Both the position numbers and the translations under genes were made by a program. Below the pieces are notes generated by a model. It did not search any database. It was not told where the DNA came from and saw only the letters and a program-made list of their open reading frames with translations. From a virus, in the IMG/VR virus record IMGVR_UViG_3300042090_002148: 64,000 nt of DNA; one strand, written 5' to 3'. This document shows positions 1 through 8,539 of this stretch, one piece after another (position 1 is the first letter of the stretch; each line of letters starts with the position of its first letter).

Positions 1-578
1 ATGGCGTCCACTTCGTTGAGGAAGCGGACGTCAGAGATGGCAACTCCCTGTATGGAGCCCTTGGGCTCATCGTCGCGGTGCCACTCACCTGTCGCAGTCT
101 GCTCGATGCGCTCTACGATGCCTTCCTGTTGCGTGTACATGACGGACGAGTCTTCAAGCAACCGCTTCGCCACACGCAGCGCGTAGTTGATCCAGATGTT
201 CGGGTAGCAATAGCGTCCGAACTCTGTGCCGAGTTGTTGGAGAGCGTAACGCGGGGTAAGGAAGGCGCGTGCAGGGCAGGTGCGCTCCATCATCTCTACG
301 GCATCCTCCGTGCGTTCACCGCAGTACTGGCAGGTGAAAGGCGCACTGCCTTCGGCGCGTGACCAACCACACGGGACCTGGCGTGGGTACCTTTTGTCCG
401 GCTTGTTCCGTTCTTCACTTGGACCCCAGAGCTGGGTATCGGTGAAAGCGAAGAACTCTTTCGCTGCGCGCTTGATCGGATCAGCGAGCGCAACCTTCAC
501 GAAGCCGTGGTTCTTCACGAGGAAGTCCGCGACCGTGTCCTTGCCTGCGCCGGCTTGTCCGCAGAGTCCGATGATCAT
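1..578 (-). CDS. Deoxynucleoside monophosphate kinase (T4 gp1-like), partial, runs off the window start
   Basis: Not on the ORF track; translated by hand. MIIGLCGQAGAGKDTVADFL (P-loop) ... LQQLGTEFGR ... ISDVRFLNE. ATGA overlap with the dCMP deaminase stop. Confidence 0.9.
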   Translation of the reverse strand, partial: MIIGLCGQAGAGKDTVADFLVKNHGFVKVALADPIKRAAKEFFAFTDTQLWGPSEERNKPDKRYPRQVPCGWSRAEGSAPFTCQYCGERTEDAVEMMERTCPARAFLTPRYALQQLGTEFGRYCYPNIWINYALRVAKRLLEDSSVMYTQQEGIVERIEQTATGEWHRDDEPKGSIQGVAISDVRFLNEVDA

Positions 579-1015
579 GTGTTCTCCGGCATGTGCGTGG
601 CCTTGATGGATGCGCGCTCGAACCAGTCGAGGGAGTCCTTGATGCGGTAGTCGTTGCGGTAGATGACGCGCTGCACGCCCCCGAGGTTGATGAGAAACTT
701 CGCGCACGTTAGGCAGGGCAGGTGCGTGCAGAACACGACCTTGCCGTACTCCCTCGGTGCGTCACAGTTGATGACGGCGTTCTGCTCAGCATGGATGCAG
801 CCGCAATTGCCTACAGCTTCTGCGCCGTGGCGGTCGCAACCGTTCGGTCCCCCGGTGGCGTTGCCGTTGTAGCCCCAGGAGAGAACCTTCCTGAAGTCTA
901 TGCTTGTGATGACGCAGCCTACGCGCAGGCGCTCACAAGTAGATCGATCACTGATTCGCTCAGCAATACTGAGGCAGATGTCTGTGAACGACGGTCGCGT
1001 CTTCTGATCTTCCAT
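575..1015 (-). CDS. dCMP deaminase
   Basis: STCERLRVGCVI, GYNG, HAEQNA and PCLTC zinc motifs; GGAGG SD. Confidence 0.93.
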   Translation of the reverse strand: MEDQKTRPSFTDICLSIAERISDRSTCERLRVGCVITSIDFRKVLSWGYNGNATGGPNGCDRHGAEAVGNCGCIHAEQNAVINCDAPREYGKVVFCTHLPCLTCAKFLINLGGVQRVIYRNDYRIKDSLDWFERASIKATHMPENT

Positions 1016-1398
1016 GCAGCTTTTCCTCCCATGCTCGCAATCTCACGCTGGTTCTTGGAATCCATGGCCCCGAAACCGGACTTACGGCCCTTCGACATAC
1101 GGTCGTGGATGTTGTCCAGGTTTGTGCCCAAGAAGAGGTGGTCTGGGCGCACACACGGGCGGTTGTCGCAGCGATGCAACACATGCAGACCTTCCGGGAT
1201 AGGACCGAACCAAAACTCCCAAGCAATACGGTGCGTCGTCCGTACCTTCCGCTGCCAGTTCAAGACACCGTAGCCGCTCTTCGCACACGCTCCTTGCCAC
1301 ACCCAGCAGCCGTCTTCTTCCTGAGACAGGAGCACCTGCTGCCAGAACCGGTTGCACAGGACCAGGTCCGTCGCTAGGGCGCGCCCCATCAGCGCCAT
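919..1398 (-). CDS. HNH endonuclease with a C-terminal KGG-like repeat
   Basis: CWVWQG...HRIAW...VLHRCDNRPCVRPDHLFLGTNLDN, then GFGAMDSKNQREIASMGGK. Start trimmed from the ORF-track 1752 to MALMG. Confidence 0.85.
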   Translation of the reverse strand: MALMGRALATDLVLCNRFWQQVLLSQEEDGCWVWQGACAKSGYGVLNWQRKVRTTHRIAWEFWFGPIPEGLHVLHRCDNRPCVRPDHLFLGTNLDNIHDRMSKGRKSGFGAMDSKNQREIASMGGKAAWKIRRRDRRSQTSASVLLSESVIDLLVSACA

Positions 1399-1508
1399 CC
1401 CGGTCCCACGAACTTCGCCAGGGCGCAGATGCCACCGACGATGAAGCCGACCACGAACCCGATGAGCGCAGGCCAAACCCAGCTCGGTACAATGAAGTGA
1501 ACTTCCAT
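1389..1508 (-). CDS. Small single-pass membrane protein (39 aa)
   Basis: Hand translation MEVHFIVPSWVWPALIGFVVGFIVGGICALAKFVGPGWR; ATGA overlap with the upstream gene fills the gap. Confidence 0.6.
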   Translation of the reverse strand: MEVHFIVPSWVWPALIGFVVGFIVGGICALAKFVGPGWR

Positions 1509-1786
1509 CAGACTCCTCTTGCCGCGAGCACCTCACTGATGATCTCGCGCGTGTGGTCACAGACGCGGCGCTGCACCACGGGGATGCGGCGTGCCGACGT
1601 GCCAAAGACGAAGGCCCGGTCGAACACCTTCTCGTAGGTGCCGCCGGGCCAGGTGACCTTGACGGAGAACTCTCCGTTGGGTCGTGCTGCGATGCTGACT
1701 GTCGCGCAGGTAGAGCGCTCGAGGGTGGGACGCCGCTCTTCCAGCTTGGCACGGAGCCCGGCTAGAAGAACGGCGCCACGGTCCAC
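1508..1786 (-). CDS. Hypothetical protein
   Basis: High GC3 and tight packing between neighbours. Confidence 0.6.
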   Translation of the reverse strand: MDRGAVLLAGLRAKLEERRPTLERSTCATVSIAARPNGEFSVKVTWPGGTYEKVFDRAFVFGTSARRIPVVQRRVCDHTREIISEVLAARGV

Positions 1787-1788
1787 GA

Positions 1789-2529
1789 TCAGCCGCCGTG
1801 CCCTACCGAGGGCACGCTGTTCACCGGGGGCGCCCCCAGAGTGAAGCCGGGGACCATCTTGCGCGCGGACTCCTCGGCCTGGGCAAGGATGCTCTGGTCG
1901 GTCGTGGAGACCGGCGCAGGCGCCTGCCCCGCCTGGCCGGCGAGCTGCTCACGCAGAGAGACCGGGAGGGGCTTGGGGGCCGGAGCCGCGGGCGCCTCGA
2001 GAGACTGCGTGGCCTTGGTCACAGCCGCCAGGTAGAGGCGCTCCTCCACCGGCGTGCGCGCCGCGTTGTTCGCGAGGGCCACCACGATCTCGGTGGCGTT
2101 GCGCTCACGAACCACGCTCTCCCCGATGAGGGAGGGCGAGACCGCGTTGACCGGAAGGCGGAGCGCCTCGGTGGGTGCCGTCGCGCTGGAGTCCTTCGCC
2201 TGGGTCTCGCGAACCGTGGTGGTCGCGACAGGAGCGCGACGCGCAGCGCGCTTGGCAGCGGGTGCGGCCTTCGCAGCTGGCTTGGCAGCGGCCTTCTTCG
2301 CGACCTTCTTGGCAGCAGCCTTCTTCGCCGTCTTCTTCGCGGCGCGCGGAGCTGCAGCCTTGCTGCCGTCCTCGCCGAAGTAGCTGTTGATAGCGTTGGC
2401 TGCGAGCTGCCGGTCGTGCGGACCCCAGTCGCTCTTGCCCACAGCGCGACGCGCGCCAGTCGCCGTGTCGTACTTCCCTGCCTTGAGGTTTTCGCTGAAC
2501 GTCGCCAGCGTCATCCGCTCGTATGCCAT
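1789..2529 (-). CDS. Lys/Ala-rich histone-H1-like putative DNA-binding protein
   Basis: AAKKTAKKAAAKKVAKKAAAKPAAKAAPAAKRAARR tract; AGGAG SD. Confidence 0.7.
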   Translation of the reverse strand: MAYERMTLATFSENLKAGKYDTATGARRAVGKSDWGPHDRQLAANAINSYFGEDGSKAAAPRAAKKTAKKAAAKKVAKKAAAKPAAKAAPAAKRAARRAPVATTTVRETQAKDSSATAPTEALRLPVNAVSPSLIGESVVRERNATEIVVALANNAARTPVEERLYLAAVTKATQSLEAPAAPAPKPLPVSLREQLAGQAGQAPAPVSTTDQSILAQAEESARKMVPGFTLGAPPVNSVPSVGHGG

Positions 2530-2596
2530 CTGATCATCTCCTGGGCACTCGGCCCGTAGTGGTAGAAAAGAACAAGTACTCCCGTTGTAGAAGAAG

Positions 2597-2734
2597 TCAA
2601 CGGTAGAACGTAAGAACGCAGAGCAGAGCTACCCAGATTCCGACGAAGGCAACGTACTTCCAGCCAGCTCCACGGATGGGGCGGTGAGACTCACGCATCT
2701 TTCGCAACGCTCGATCACTGAACTCTAGGGCCAT
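2597..2734 (-). CDS. Small membrane protein (45 aa)
   Basis: MALEFSD...WKYVAFVGIWVALLCVLTFYR with a C-terminal TM segment; GAGG SD. Confidence 0.55.
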   Translation of the reverse strand: MALEFSDRALRKMRESHRPIRGAGWKYVAFVGIWVALLCVLTFYR

Positions 2735-2839
2735 GGCTTCCTCGCTTCCCTTGTACCCGCGACGCACCTGCAGTTGTTGTCGAAGAGAGGGTATAAGCAC
2801 AACGACCACAACGCTTGCCCGTGGCGCAGTGCCCGCTGC

Positions 2840-2845
2840 TATCAT
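2840..2845 (+). promoter_or_regulatory. Extended -10 (TGc-TATCAT), 6 nt before ATG; probably leaderless
   Basis: gcTGcTATCATgcggccATG, with no SD before the ATG at 2852. Confidence 0.55.
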
Positions 2846-2851
2846 GCGGCC

Positions 2852-3223
2852 ATGCGAATCCTCATCTACACGTTGATGTGCGCGCTCATAGCGTGCCAGA
2901 CACCAGCTCCTCCAACGCCCTGTGTTCCGGACGCGATGTCTGCGCCGGTCAAGGCAACGCCCTGCGTGAATCCCGCCCCTTCGGGGTCAGTGACGCCGCC
3001 CGCTCCCTCGCCTCCCGAGCCGCATGACGCCTGCTGGAACGCGGCGCAGAAGCTCATCGCACTCGGCTGCAAGGACACGCGCGGTCGCCTCCTCGGCGGC
3101 CCCGACCTCAGCGGTCTCACCTGGTCGCAGGTCTGTCGTCAGGACCTCTCGAACGGAGTCAACCTCAACGCGAGCTGCATCTCTGCAGCCAGCACGTGCG
3201 CGGCAGCGGAGGCATGCAAATGA
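2852..3223 (+). CDS. Cys/Pro-rich lipoprotein
   Basis: MRILIYTLMCALIAC is a lipobox-like signal, followed by a Pro-rich linker and several Cys. Confidence 0.7.
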   Translation: MRILIYTLMCALIACQTPAPPTPCVPDAMSAPVKATPCVNPAPSGSVTPPAPSPPEPHDACWNAAQKLIALGCKDTRGRLLGGPDLSGLTWSQVCRQDLSNGVNLNASCISAASTCAAAEACK

Positions 3224-4056
3224 ACCAGATCACCTGGCAGGGCCGCACCTTCAAGAGCCACGAGCTCTTCGACAGCACGATGCCCGACGCTCTTCGGGCC
3301 CACGTCGCAGCGCCTCGTCCCTTCGAGGACGTGATGAAGTCGTTCAAGGCTTCAGACACGGCACAGGACGGAAGCGACTACGACATCCCCAACCAGCCGC
3401 CGGCGTACGACCAGGGTGACGAGGGCTCCTGCGTCCTCAACTCCACGGTCGGCGCGATGAGCATCGTCCTCGGCGTCGAGAAGCTCTCCATCGTGATGCT
3501 CTCGCGCAACTTCCTGTACTGGCTGTGCCGCGAAGTCATGGGCACCACCACGCAGGACAGCGGGACCTACTCGTCCCTCGCTGTCGACCGCGTCGGCAAG
3601 ATCGGCGTCTGCCAGGAGAGCACCTGGGCGTACGGCGACCAGACGATGTACGTCGCACCGTCGCTCCAGGCCTACAGCGAGGCCTCGGACAACAAGGCCA
3701 CCGCGTGGTTCCAGGTCGACTCTCCCAGCGCCAAGGTCGCGCGCCTCACGCAGCTCGAGGCCGCGATTCGCTCGAACCACCCGGTCATCTTCGGCACCCC
3801 CGTCGACAACGCCATCCAGACTTACCAGCCGGGACAGATCCTCACCGTCCCGGATGTGAACGCCCTCATCGGCGGTCACGAGATGGTCGTCACCGGCGTC
3901 CACTACATCAACGGCCAGCGCGTGTGGATCTGGCGCAACTCCTGGGGCACGTCCTACGGGAACAACGGCTACCTCATGGTGGACGACAACTGGATGAACT
4001 GGGCCCAGCTCCAGGACATCTGGTTGTTGACGCGGCTCTCCCCGTTGCTATTCTAG
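3220..4056 (+). CDS. Papain-family (C1A) cysteine peptidase
   Basis: DQGDEGSCV (Gln, catalytic Cys), GGHEM (His), RNSWG (Asn); ATGA overlap with the lipoprotein gene. Confidence 0.92.
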   Translation: MNQITWQGRTFKSHELFDSTMPDALRAHVAAPRPFEDVMKSFKASDTAQDGSDYDIPNQPPAYDQGDEGSCVLNSTVGAMSIVLGVEKLSIVMLSRNFLYWLCREVMGTTTQDSGTYSSLAVDRVGKIGVCQESTWAYGDQTMYVAPSLQAYSEASDNKATAWFQVDSPSAKVARLTQLEAAIRSNHPVIFGTPVDNAIQTYQPGQILTVPDVNALIGGHEMVVTGVHYINGQRVWIWRNSWGTSYGNNGYLMVDDNWMNWAQLQDIWLLTRLSPLLF

Positions 4057-4060
4057 GTGG

Positions 4061-4717
4061 ATGCAGCGTACTCCTCCGATCATCCGCGTAGGTGACACCT
4101 ACGGACTATGGACTGTAGTAACAAGCCCCTGGCGTAATGCCAGGGGCTTTCTTGTTGTAGGGGTAGCGTGCGGCTGCTCCCCGGAGCACGAGGTCGTACG
4201 TGACGCGTACAGTGTGTATCGCGGCGACTCCGGATCTTGCGGCTGCAGACGTATGCGGGCCTCGCGGGAAGCGCATCTACGGCACGGGCAGTCCAGTGGG
4301 AAACGTACGCGTGTCTACCGCATCTGGCGTGGCATGCGGCAGCGCTGCCTAAACAAGAACAACCCTATCTACAGGGGTTATGGTGAACGAGGCATCACCA
4401 TCACTCCTCGATGGAACAAGTTCGAGAACTTCTGGAAGGACATGGGAGATCCGCCAAGCAAGCAGCACTCACTGGGTCGCATCAACAATGACGGCCCCTA
4501 CTCTAAAGCCAACTGTGAGTGGCAAACCGCAGACGCGCAGTGCAACAACACCAGAAGTACTCGCCGTGTCACTTTTGAGGGACGTACGGCATCACTCACG
4601 CAATGGGCACGTGAGTACGGACTGCGCCCGCATACCTTGCGCGCAAGACTAGAAGCTAACTGGGAAGTGCAGCGCGCCCTACAGACACCAATACGGCCAC
4701 GTAGCACGACTACCTAG
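4061..4717 (+). CDS. HNH-type homing endonuclease
   Basis: YRIWRGMRQRC...YGERGITI...SLGRINNDGPYSKANCEW, with a C-terminal HTH-like segment; lower GC3 than neighbours. Confidence 0.85.
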   Translation: MQRTPPIIRVGDTYGLWTVVTSPWRNARGFLVVGVACGCSPEHEVVRDAYSVYRGDSGSCGCRRMRASREAHLRHGQSSGKRTRVYRIWRGMRQRCLNKNNPIYRGYGERGITITPRWNKFENFWKDMGDPPSKQHSLGRINNDGPYSKANCEWQTADAQCNNTRSTRRVTFEGRTASLTQWAREYGLRPHTLRARLEANWEVQRALQTPIRPRSTTT

Positions 4718-4724
4718 AGGAACC

Positions 4725-4922
4725 ATGGCACGACAACTCGTTCTCATCTGCGACGGCAAAGACTGCGGCACCGTACTGCTCGAGCCCCACGCGGGTTTCA
4801 TCATCAAGGGCTCCATCGAGGAGGCCGCCATCGAGAACCCGAAGCCACTTGTTTCACCGTCAGATGAGACGGTGCTCTGCAGAGAGTGCTTTCTCACCGT
4901 GCTCGGTGCAGCTACAAAGTAG
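4725..4922 (+). CDS. Small putative zinc-binding protein
   Basis: CDGKDC...CREC; GAGG SD. Confidence 0.65.
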   Translation: MARQLVLICDGKDCGTVLLEPHAGFIIKGSIEEAAIENPKPLVSPSDETVLCRECFLTVLGAATK

Positions 4923-4924
4923 GG

Positions 4925-5347
4925 ATGCCGAAACCACGACGGATCAACCTGCCGGTGGGCAAGGAGCTCGGTATCCTGCTGGATGTACTGGTCTGGGGAG
5001 TGCGCGAAGAGTTCCGCAAAGCGGGCAAGCCGAAGCCCACCCAGGTGGACATCATCAACAGCGCGCTCCTCGCCTACTGCCTCGAGCGAAAAGAATCCCT
5101 GCTGAAGGTGCTCGCCAATGAAGCCGACCAAGCCACCGTCGAAGACGCTCTTCAACGAGCAGGACAGCCTGCCGGACTACAGCGCTTCGCTAAGCAGCTT
5201 CACGGCCGAACCGGTCACGCCCATCCCAAGCGTCGAGGAGATCGCAGCACACCAGGCGGGACAGATAGTGCACCCGCTCTTCCAATCCACCCCCGTGTTG
5301 CCGAGGCGCTCGGAGACCTCGATCCTACAAGGCCTTCTGGGTGGTGA
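4925..5347 (+). CDS. Hypothetical protein (coding-like for the first ~65 codons, then run-on overlap)
   Basis: High GC3 to about 5117, then lower GC3 where it overlaps the next ORF. Confidence 0.55.
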   Translation: MPKPRRINLPVGKELGILLDVLVWGVREEFRKAGKPKPTQVDIINSALLAYCLERKESLLKVLANEADQATVEDALQRAGQPAGLQRFAKQLHGRTGHAHPKRRGDRSTPGGTDSAPALPIHPRVAEALGDLDPTRPSGW

Positions 5348-5657
5348 CATCCACGTCTTGCTGGACGACCGCGCGCGTAACCCGAAGCGCTACGGCCCCG
5401 AGACCTCTGCCGTCCTCGACAAGCTCGAGGGCAACCTGTCCACCACCGACCTGACCCCTGAAGACCAGCACCTCCTGAACATGGCGGTGTTCGAGTTCGC
5501 CTCGGCCCCGAAGCCAGAGCCGCCGGCGGCGATGAAGCCCAAGCCGAGGCCGAAGAAGGAGCCCGTCGCACCAGACGGAGAGGAGCCCACGCGCAAGGTG
5601 CCCTGGGACGAAGACGCGCCGGGCCAGAAGCCCGAGCTCTACTGGTGGATGAAGTAG
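5118..5657 (+). CDS. Hypothetical Pro-rich protein
   Basis: High GC3 from the ATG at 5118; followed by a terminator. Confidence 0.7.
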   Translation: MKPTKPPSKTLFNEQDSLPDYSASLSSFTAEPVTPIPSVEEIAAHQAGQIVHPLFQSTPVLPRRSETSILQGLLGGDIHVLLDDRARNPKRYGPETSAVLDKLEGNLSTTDLTPEDQHLLNMAVFEFASAPKPEPPAAMKPKPRPKKEPVAPDGEEPTRKVPWDEDAPGQKPELYWWMK

Positions 5658-5663
5658 CCACCA

Positions 5664-5704
5664 AAGAGAAGAGGGCAGCCCGTAGGGGCCGCCCTCTTTC
5701 TTCT
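5664..5704. terminator. Bidirectional intrinsic terminator
   Basis: aagagggc...gccctctt stem with A/T-rich flanks, between convergent genes. Confidence 0.75.
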
Positions 5705-5720
5705 TAGCCCTCGAGGAGGA

Positions 5721-6794
5721 CTACTGGCTGAGCGAGCCGTTGGGGAGCTGGTTCCCGTCGATCTCGTACTCGATGGAGTAGGAGTGGCCCGTGCCCGCCG
5801 TGGTCCCCGCGCTGAGGCCGAGCAGGGTGTTGGCCGTGCCCGCGCCGACCACGATGGTGAAGACCGAGCCCTTCTTGAGGTCCGTGAGGACGAGGTAGCC
5901 GCTCGAGTTCACCGTCGCAGCGAGTCCCGGCCACGCCACGTTGATGGCCTGGAGGAGAGCCGCCAGGCTGAACGCGTTGGTCTGCGCGTTGAGCGTGAGC
6001 GTCTTGGCGACGGTGTTGACGGTCAGGATGAGGGTGAGCCCGTTGAGGGTGCCCGCCCCGCCGTTGCCGCCGTAGAGCGCCGCGGTGTTGAGGTTGGCGG
6101 TCCCGGTGACCACGGCTGCCGAGCTCGAGGTCGGAGCCGTCGCCGGCGTGTAGGAGCCGTACGGGGGATGCGCCTGGGGCGTGGTGATGACGCCCGTGGC
6201 CGGGGGTCCGATGAGGACACCGTCGACGATCTCGTTGCGCACGAGAGGCACCGACTGACCGCAGCGGAGCTTCGGGAGGAAGCTGAGGCCGATGACCGCA
6301 CCCGTCCCCACCGAGAAGGTGGCCCCGGTGCCCGTGCCCGCGGGCAGCGAGACAGACTGGACCTGGGCGAAGCAGCTGGCCGTCACGTAGGTCCCCGCGC
6401 CGCCGCTGGTGCCGGTGATGGTCTCCGACAGGGCGTTGCCCTGCGCGTCGAAGCCCGTGATCGTGACAGAGGCCGGCATGTTCGCCGGCGTTCCGCCCGC
6501 GACGACGACCTCGATGTTGCGCGCCGGGTACATCTCGGCGTCGCCCACCGAGCCGGTGAGGGCCGCGTAGGAGTAGGTCGCTGCGACAGTCTGGGAGGCC
6601 GTGACAGGGAGGATGGCCGTGGCGGTCGCCGGCGGGGGACCGTCGAACTCCTCGATGGCGACGCCGAGCAGCGGAGCCAGCGTGGCGGCGAGGTCCTTGC
6701 GGACGTCGAGGACTTCTTCCGCGAGGCCACCAGGACCAACGAGGAGATGAGGACGAGTCGGAGCTTGGGTGCCCCAGAGGCCTGAACCGAACAT
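5721..6794 (-). CDS. Virion structural protein carrying one copy of the sheath-insertion repeat domain
   Basis: Thr/Gly/Ala-rich; LNGLTLILTVN...LLQAINVAWPGL...YLVLTD...GAGTANTLLGLSAG matches the sheath repeats. Confidence 0.65.
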   Translation of the reverse strand: MFGSGLWGTQAPTRPHLLVGPGGLAEEVLDVRKDLAATLAPLLGVAIEEFDGPPPATATAILPVTASQTVAATYSYAALTGSVGDAEMYPARNIEVVVAGGTPANMPASVTITGFDAQGNALSETITGTSGGAGTYVTASCFAQVQSVSLPAGTGTGATFSVGTGAVIGLSFLPKLRCGQSVPLVRNEIVDGVLIGPPATGVITTPQAHPPYGSYTPATAPTSSSAAVVTGTANLNTAALYGGNGGAGTLNGLTLILTVNTVAKTLTLNAQTNAFSLAALLQAINVAWPGLAATVNSSGYLVLTDLKKGSVFTIVVGAGTANTLLGLSAGTTAGTGHSYSIEYEIDGNQLPNGSLSQ

Positions 6795-6804
6795 GATGTG
6801 TCTC

Positions 6805-7374
6805 CTAGAGTAGGGGTGTTCCGAGCTGCGGCTGACCGTACTGATTCACGCCGTATGCGAGCTGTTGTCCGAATCTTCCGCCACCGAATGTAGCAGGTCC
6901 AGGTGCCGGTTGTCCTAGTGCCTGGACTCCTTTGTTCACGCCGTACGCTCCAAGAGCCCCGGCGGCGAGAGTACCTGCACCAACAGCGAGGCCGACGCGC
7001 CCCATTGTTTTCTTCGCGGCTTGTACTCCCTGCTGACCCAACGACTTGCTCGCCTCGAGCGCCTTCTTGCCGATGTCTGCCATGGGCGTGAGGCTGAACC
7101 CCGCGGTCTTCGCGAGCTCCGCGCCGAGGTCCACGCCGACAGCGGCGAGGCGAATCATCTCCTCGGGCACGTCGGTGTGTCGCAGCGCCTCCGTTGCCGG
7201 TGCCATCTGGACGGCTGCGCGCTCGTGCTTGTCCTCGTACCTCTGGTCCTGCTCCGCGCGCACCTTCTCGTCGTCAGCATGAGCCGCCGCGAGGAACCCC
7301 TCGCTCAGCAAGGCCATGCCGATGCGCGTGATGAGCGAGCCGTTCATCCGAGCACCCAGATGCGGAGCGTGCAT
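6805..7374 (-). CDS. Putative internal head protein (K-x-A motif plus Gly zipper)
   Basis: ELAKTA|GFSL and GLAVGAGTLAAGALGAYG; the start may be 7347. Confidence 0.65.
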   Translation of the reverse strand: MHAPHLGARMNGSLITRIGMALLSEGFLAAAHADDEKVRAEQDQRYEDKHERAAVQMAPATEALRHTDVPEEMIRLAAVGVDLGAELAKTAGFSLTPMADIGKKALEASKSLGQQGVQAAKKTMGRVGLAVGAGTLAAGALGAYGVNKGVQALGQPAPGPATFGGGRFGQQLAYGVNQYGQPQLGTPLL

Positions 7375-7736
7375 GCCGCTGTGTACGTGATGGCCGCGGC
7401 GGTGACGCCCGTGACAGGCAGCGCGTTGAAGTAGGCGAGGAAGGAACCAGGCGTGAGCTCCAGCGCACCCTCTCCGTTCACCGAGAGGTAGACCGGAGCG
7501 GCCTCGGCCTGGTTCGGCTCGTCGTATCGAATGAGGAGCCCCACGGCACCTGGTGAGACGATGGTGCCGAAGGGCAGGTCGAGGGTGCCACTCCCCGAGG
7601 GGTTGGCGACCTGGGCCTCGAGAGCGACGTACGACCCAGCGAAGTTGAACGGGATGGGGCTCTGCGGCAGCGACTGATCCGCTGCCAGCTGGAACTGTCC
7701 CGAGAATACAACCGGCTGGGGCGTAGGTCCGCTCAT
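7344..7736 (-). CDS. Hypothetical virion protein
   Basis: Beta-rich, high GC3, directly downstream of the tube gene. Confidence 0.65.
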   Translation of the reverse strand: MSGPTPQPVVFSGQFQLAADQSLPQSPIPFNFAGSYVALEAQVANPSGSGTLDLPFGTIVSPGAVGLLIRYDEPNQAEAAPVYLSVNGEGALELTPGSFLAYFNALPVTGVTAAAITYTAACTLRIWVLG

Positions 7737-7739
7737 GGG

Positions 7740-8498
7740 TTACGAGTTGGGGATGCCCGGGAAGGTGGCTGCAGAGCCGCCGGCGTTCGAGGAGTTGGTG
7801 TTGGTCACCAGGGTGAGCGCCGAGACTGCGACGGGGACCGCGCGCTCGAACTGCACCGCCACCGACTCCTGGATGAGGACGCCCTGCGCGTCCGTCGCCC
7901 AGCTGTGGTTCGGCAGGTAGCAGGCCTCGAAGTACACCGCCCCGAGCGTGTCGAGGTTGATGTCGCGGATGTACATCAGGATGCCGATGGGCTGCGCGAA
8001 CAGGTCCGACGCTAGGTTGACGTAGATGTTCTCGTAGCCCGGCGGGATGATGACGTCGTGCGGGTTGGACACCGACGCCGCGCCGGCGTTGGGGAACATC
8101 GCCGGGATGACCGTCGGGGGGATGAGGTCCTGGTAGTACGCGTACAGGATGCGGAGCAGAGACGCGCCGTGGTAGTAGATGCGCCCCAGCCCGAGCTGCC
8201 CCACCGTGCGGCCGGCGATGAAGTAGCTGCGCTCCGAACCGATCTCGAAGATGCGGGAGAACTGCCGCGTGTGCGAGAGATTGAAGTTCTGGATGACGCC
8301 GATGGGGAAGACGATCTGGTTGGCAGCCTGACCGTTCCCCGCAACCGCGCCGGCAACCGCCGCGGCTCCCCCGATGTTCGCGAGGCGGGGCGGACCCGCT
8401 GCGAGCATGGTGAAGCCTGCGTTGGCGTAGGCTCCGTCGACCAAGCCCGCCTGGACGTAGTTCGAGTACGGCGCCCAGTCTGAGAAGTTCCCTGCCAT
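7740..8498 (-). CDS. Tail tube protein
   Basis: IGVIQNFNLSHTRQFSRIFEIGS tube-like motif; immediately downstream of the sheath. Confidence 0.75.
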   Translation of the reverse strand: MAGNFSDWAPYSNYVQAGLVDGAYANAGFTMLAAGPPRLANIGGAAAVAGAVAGNGQAANQIVFPIGVIQNFNLSHTRQFSRIFEIGSERSYFIAGRTVGQLGLGRIYYHGASLLRILYAYYQDLIPPTVIPAMFPNAGAASVSNPHDVIIPPGYENIYVNLASDLFAQPIGILMYIRDINLDTLGAVYFEACYLPNHSWATDAQGVLIQESVAVQFERAVPVAVSALTLVTNTNSSNAGGSAATFPGIPNS

Positions 8499-8539
8499 GG
8501 TGGTGTCCTTTGTGAGTCAGGCTCGGAGTACGACGGTGG

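Noticed and set aside
4925-5347. 230-nt overlap with 5118..5657, suggesting a frameshift or indel (gccAATGaag)
   Set aside because: One extra A would give a normal ATGA overlap, so a single-base loss is possible. However, similar run-on overlaps occur at 919-1015, 32047-32156 and 45434-45546, and are expected because stops are rare in that frame of GC3-rich genes. No slippery signal was seen.
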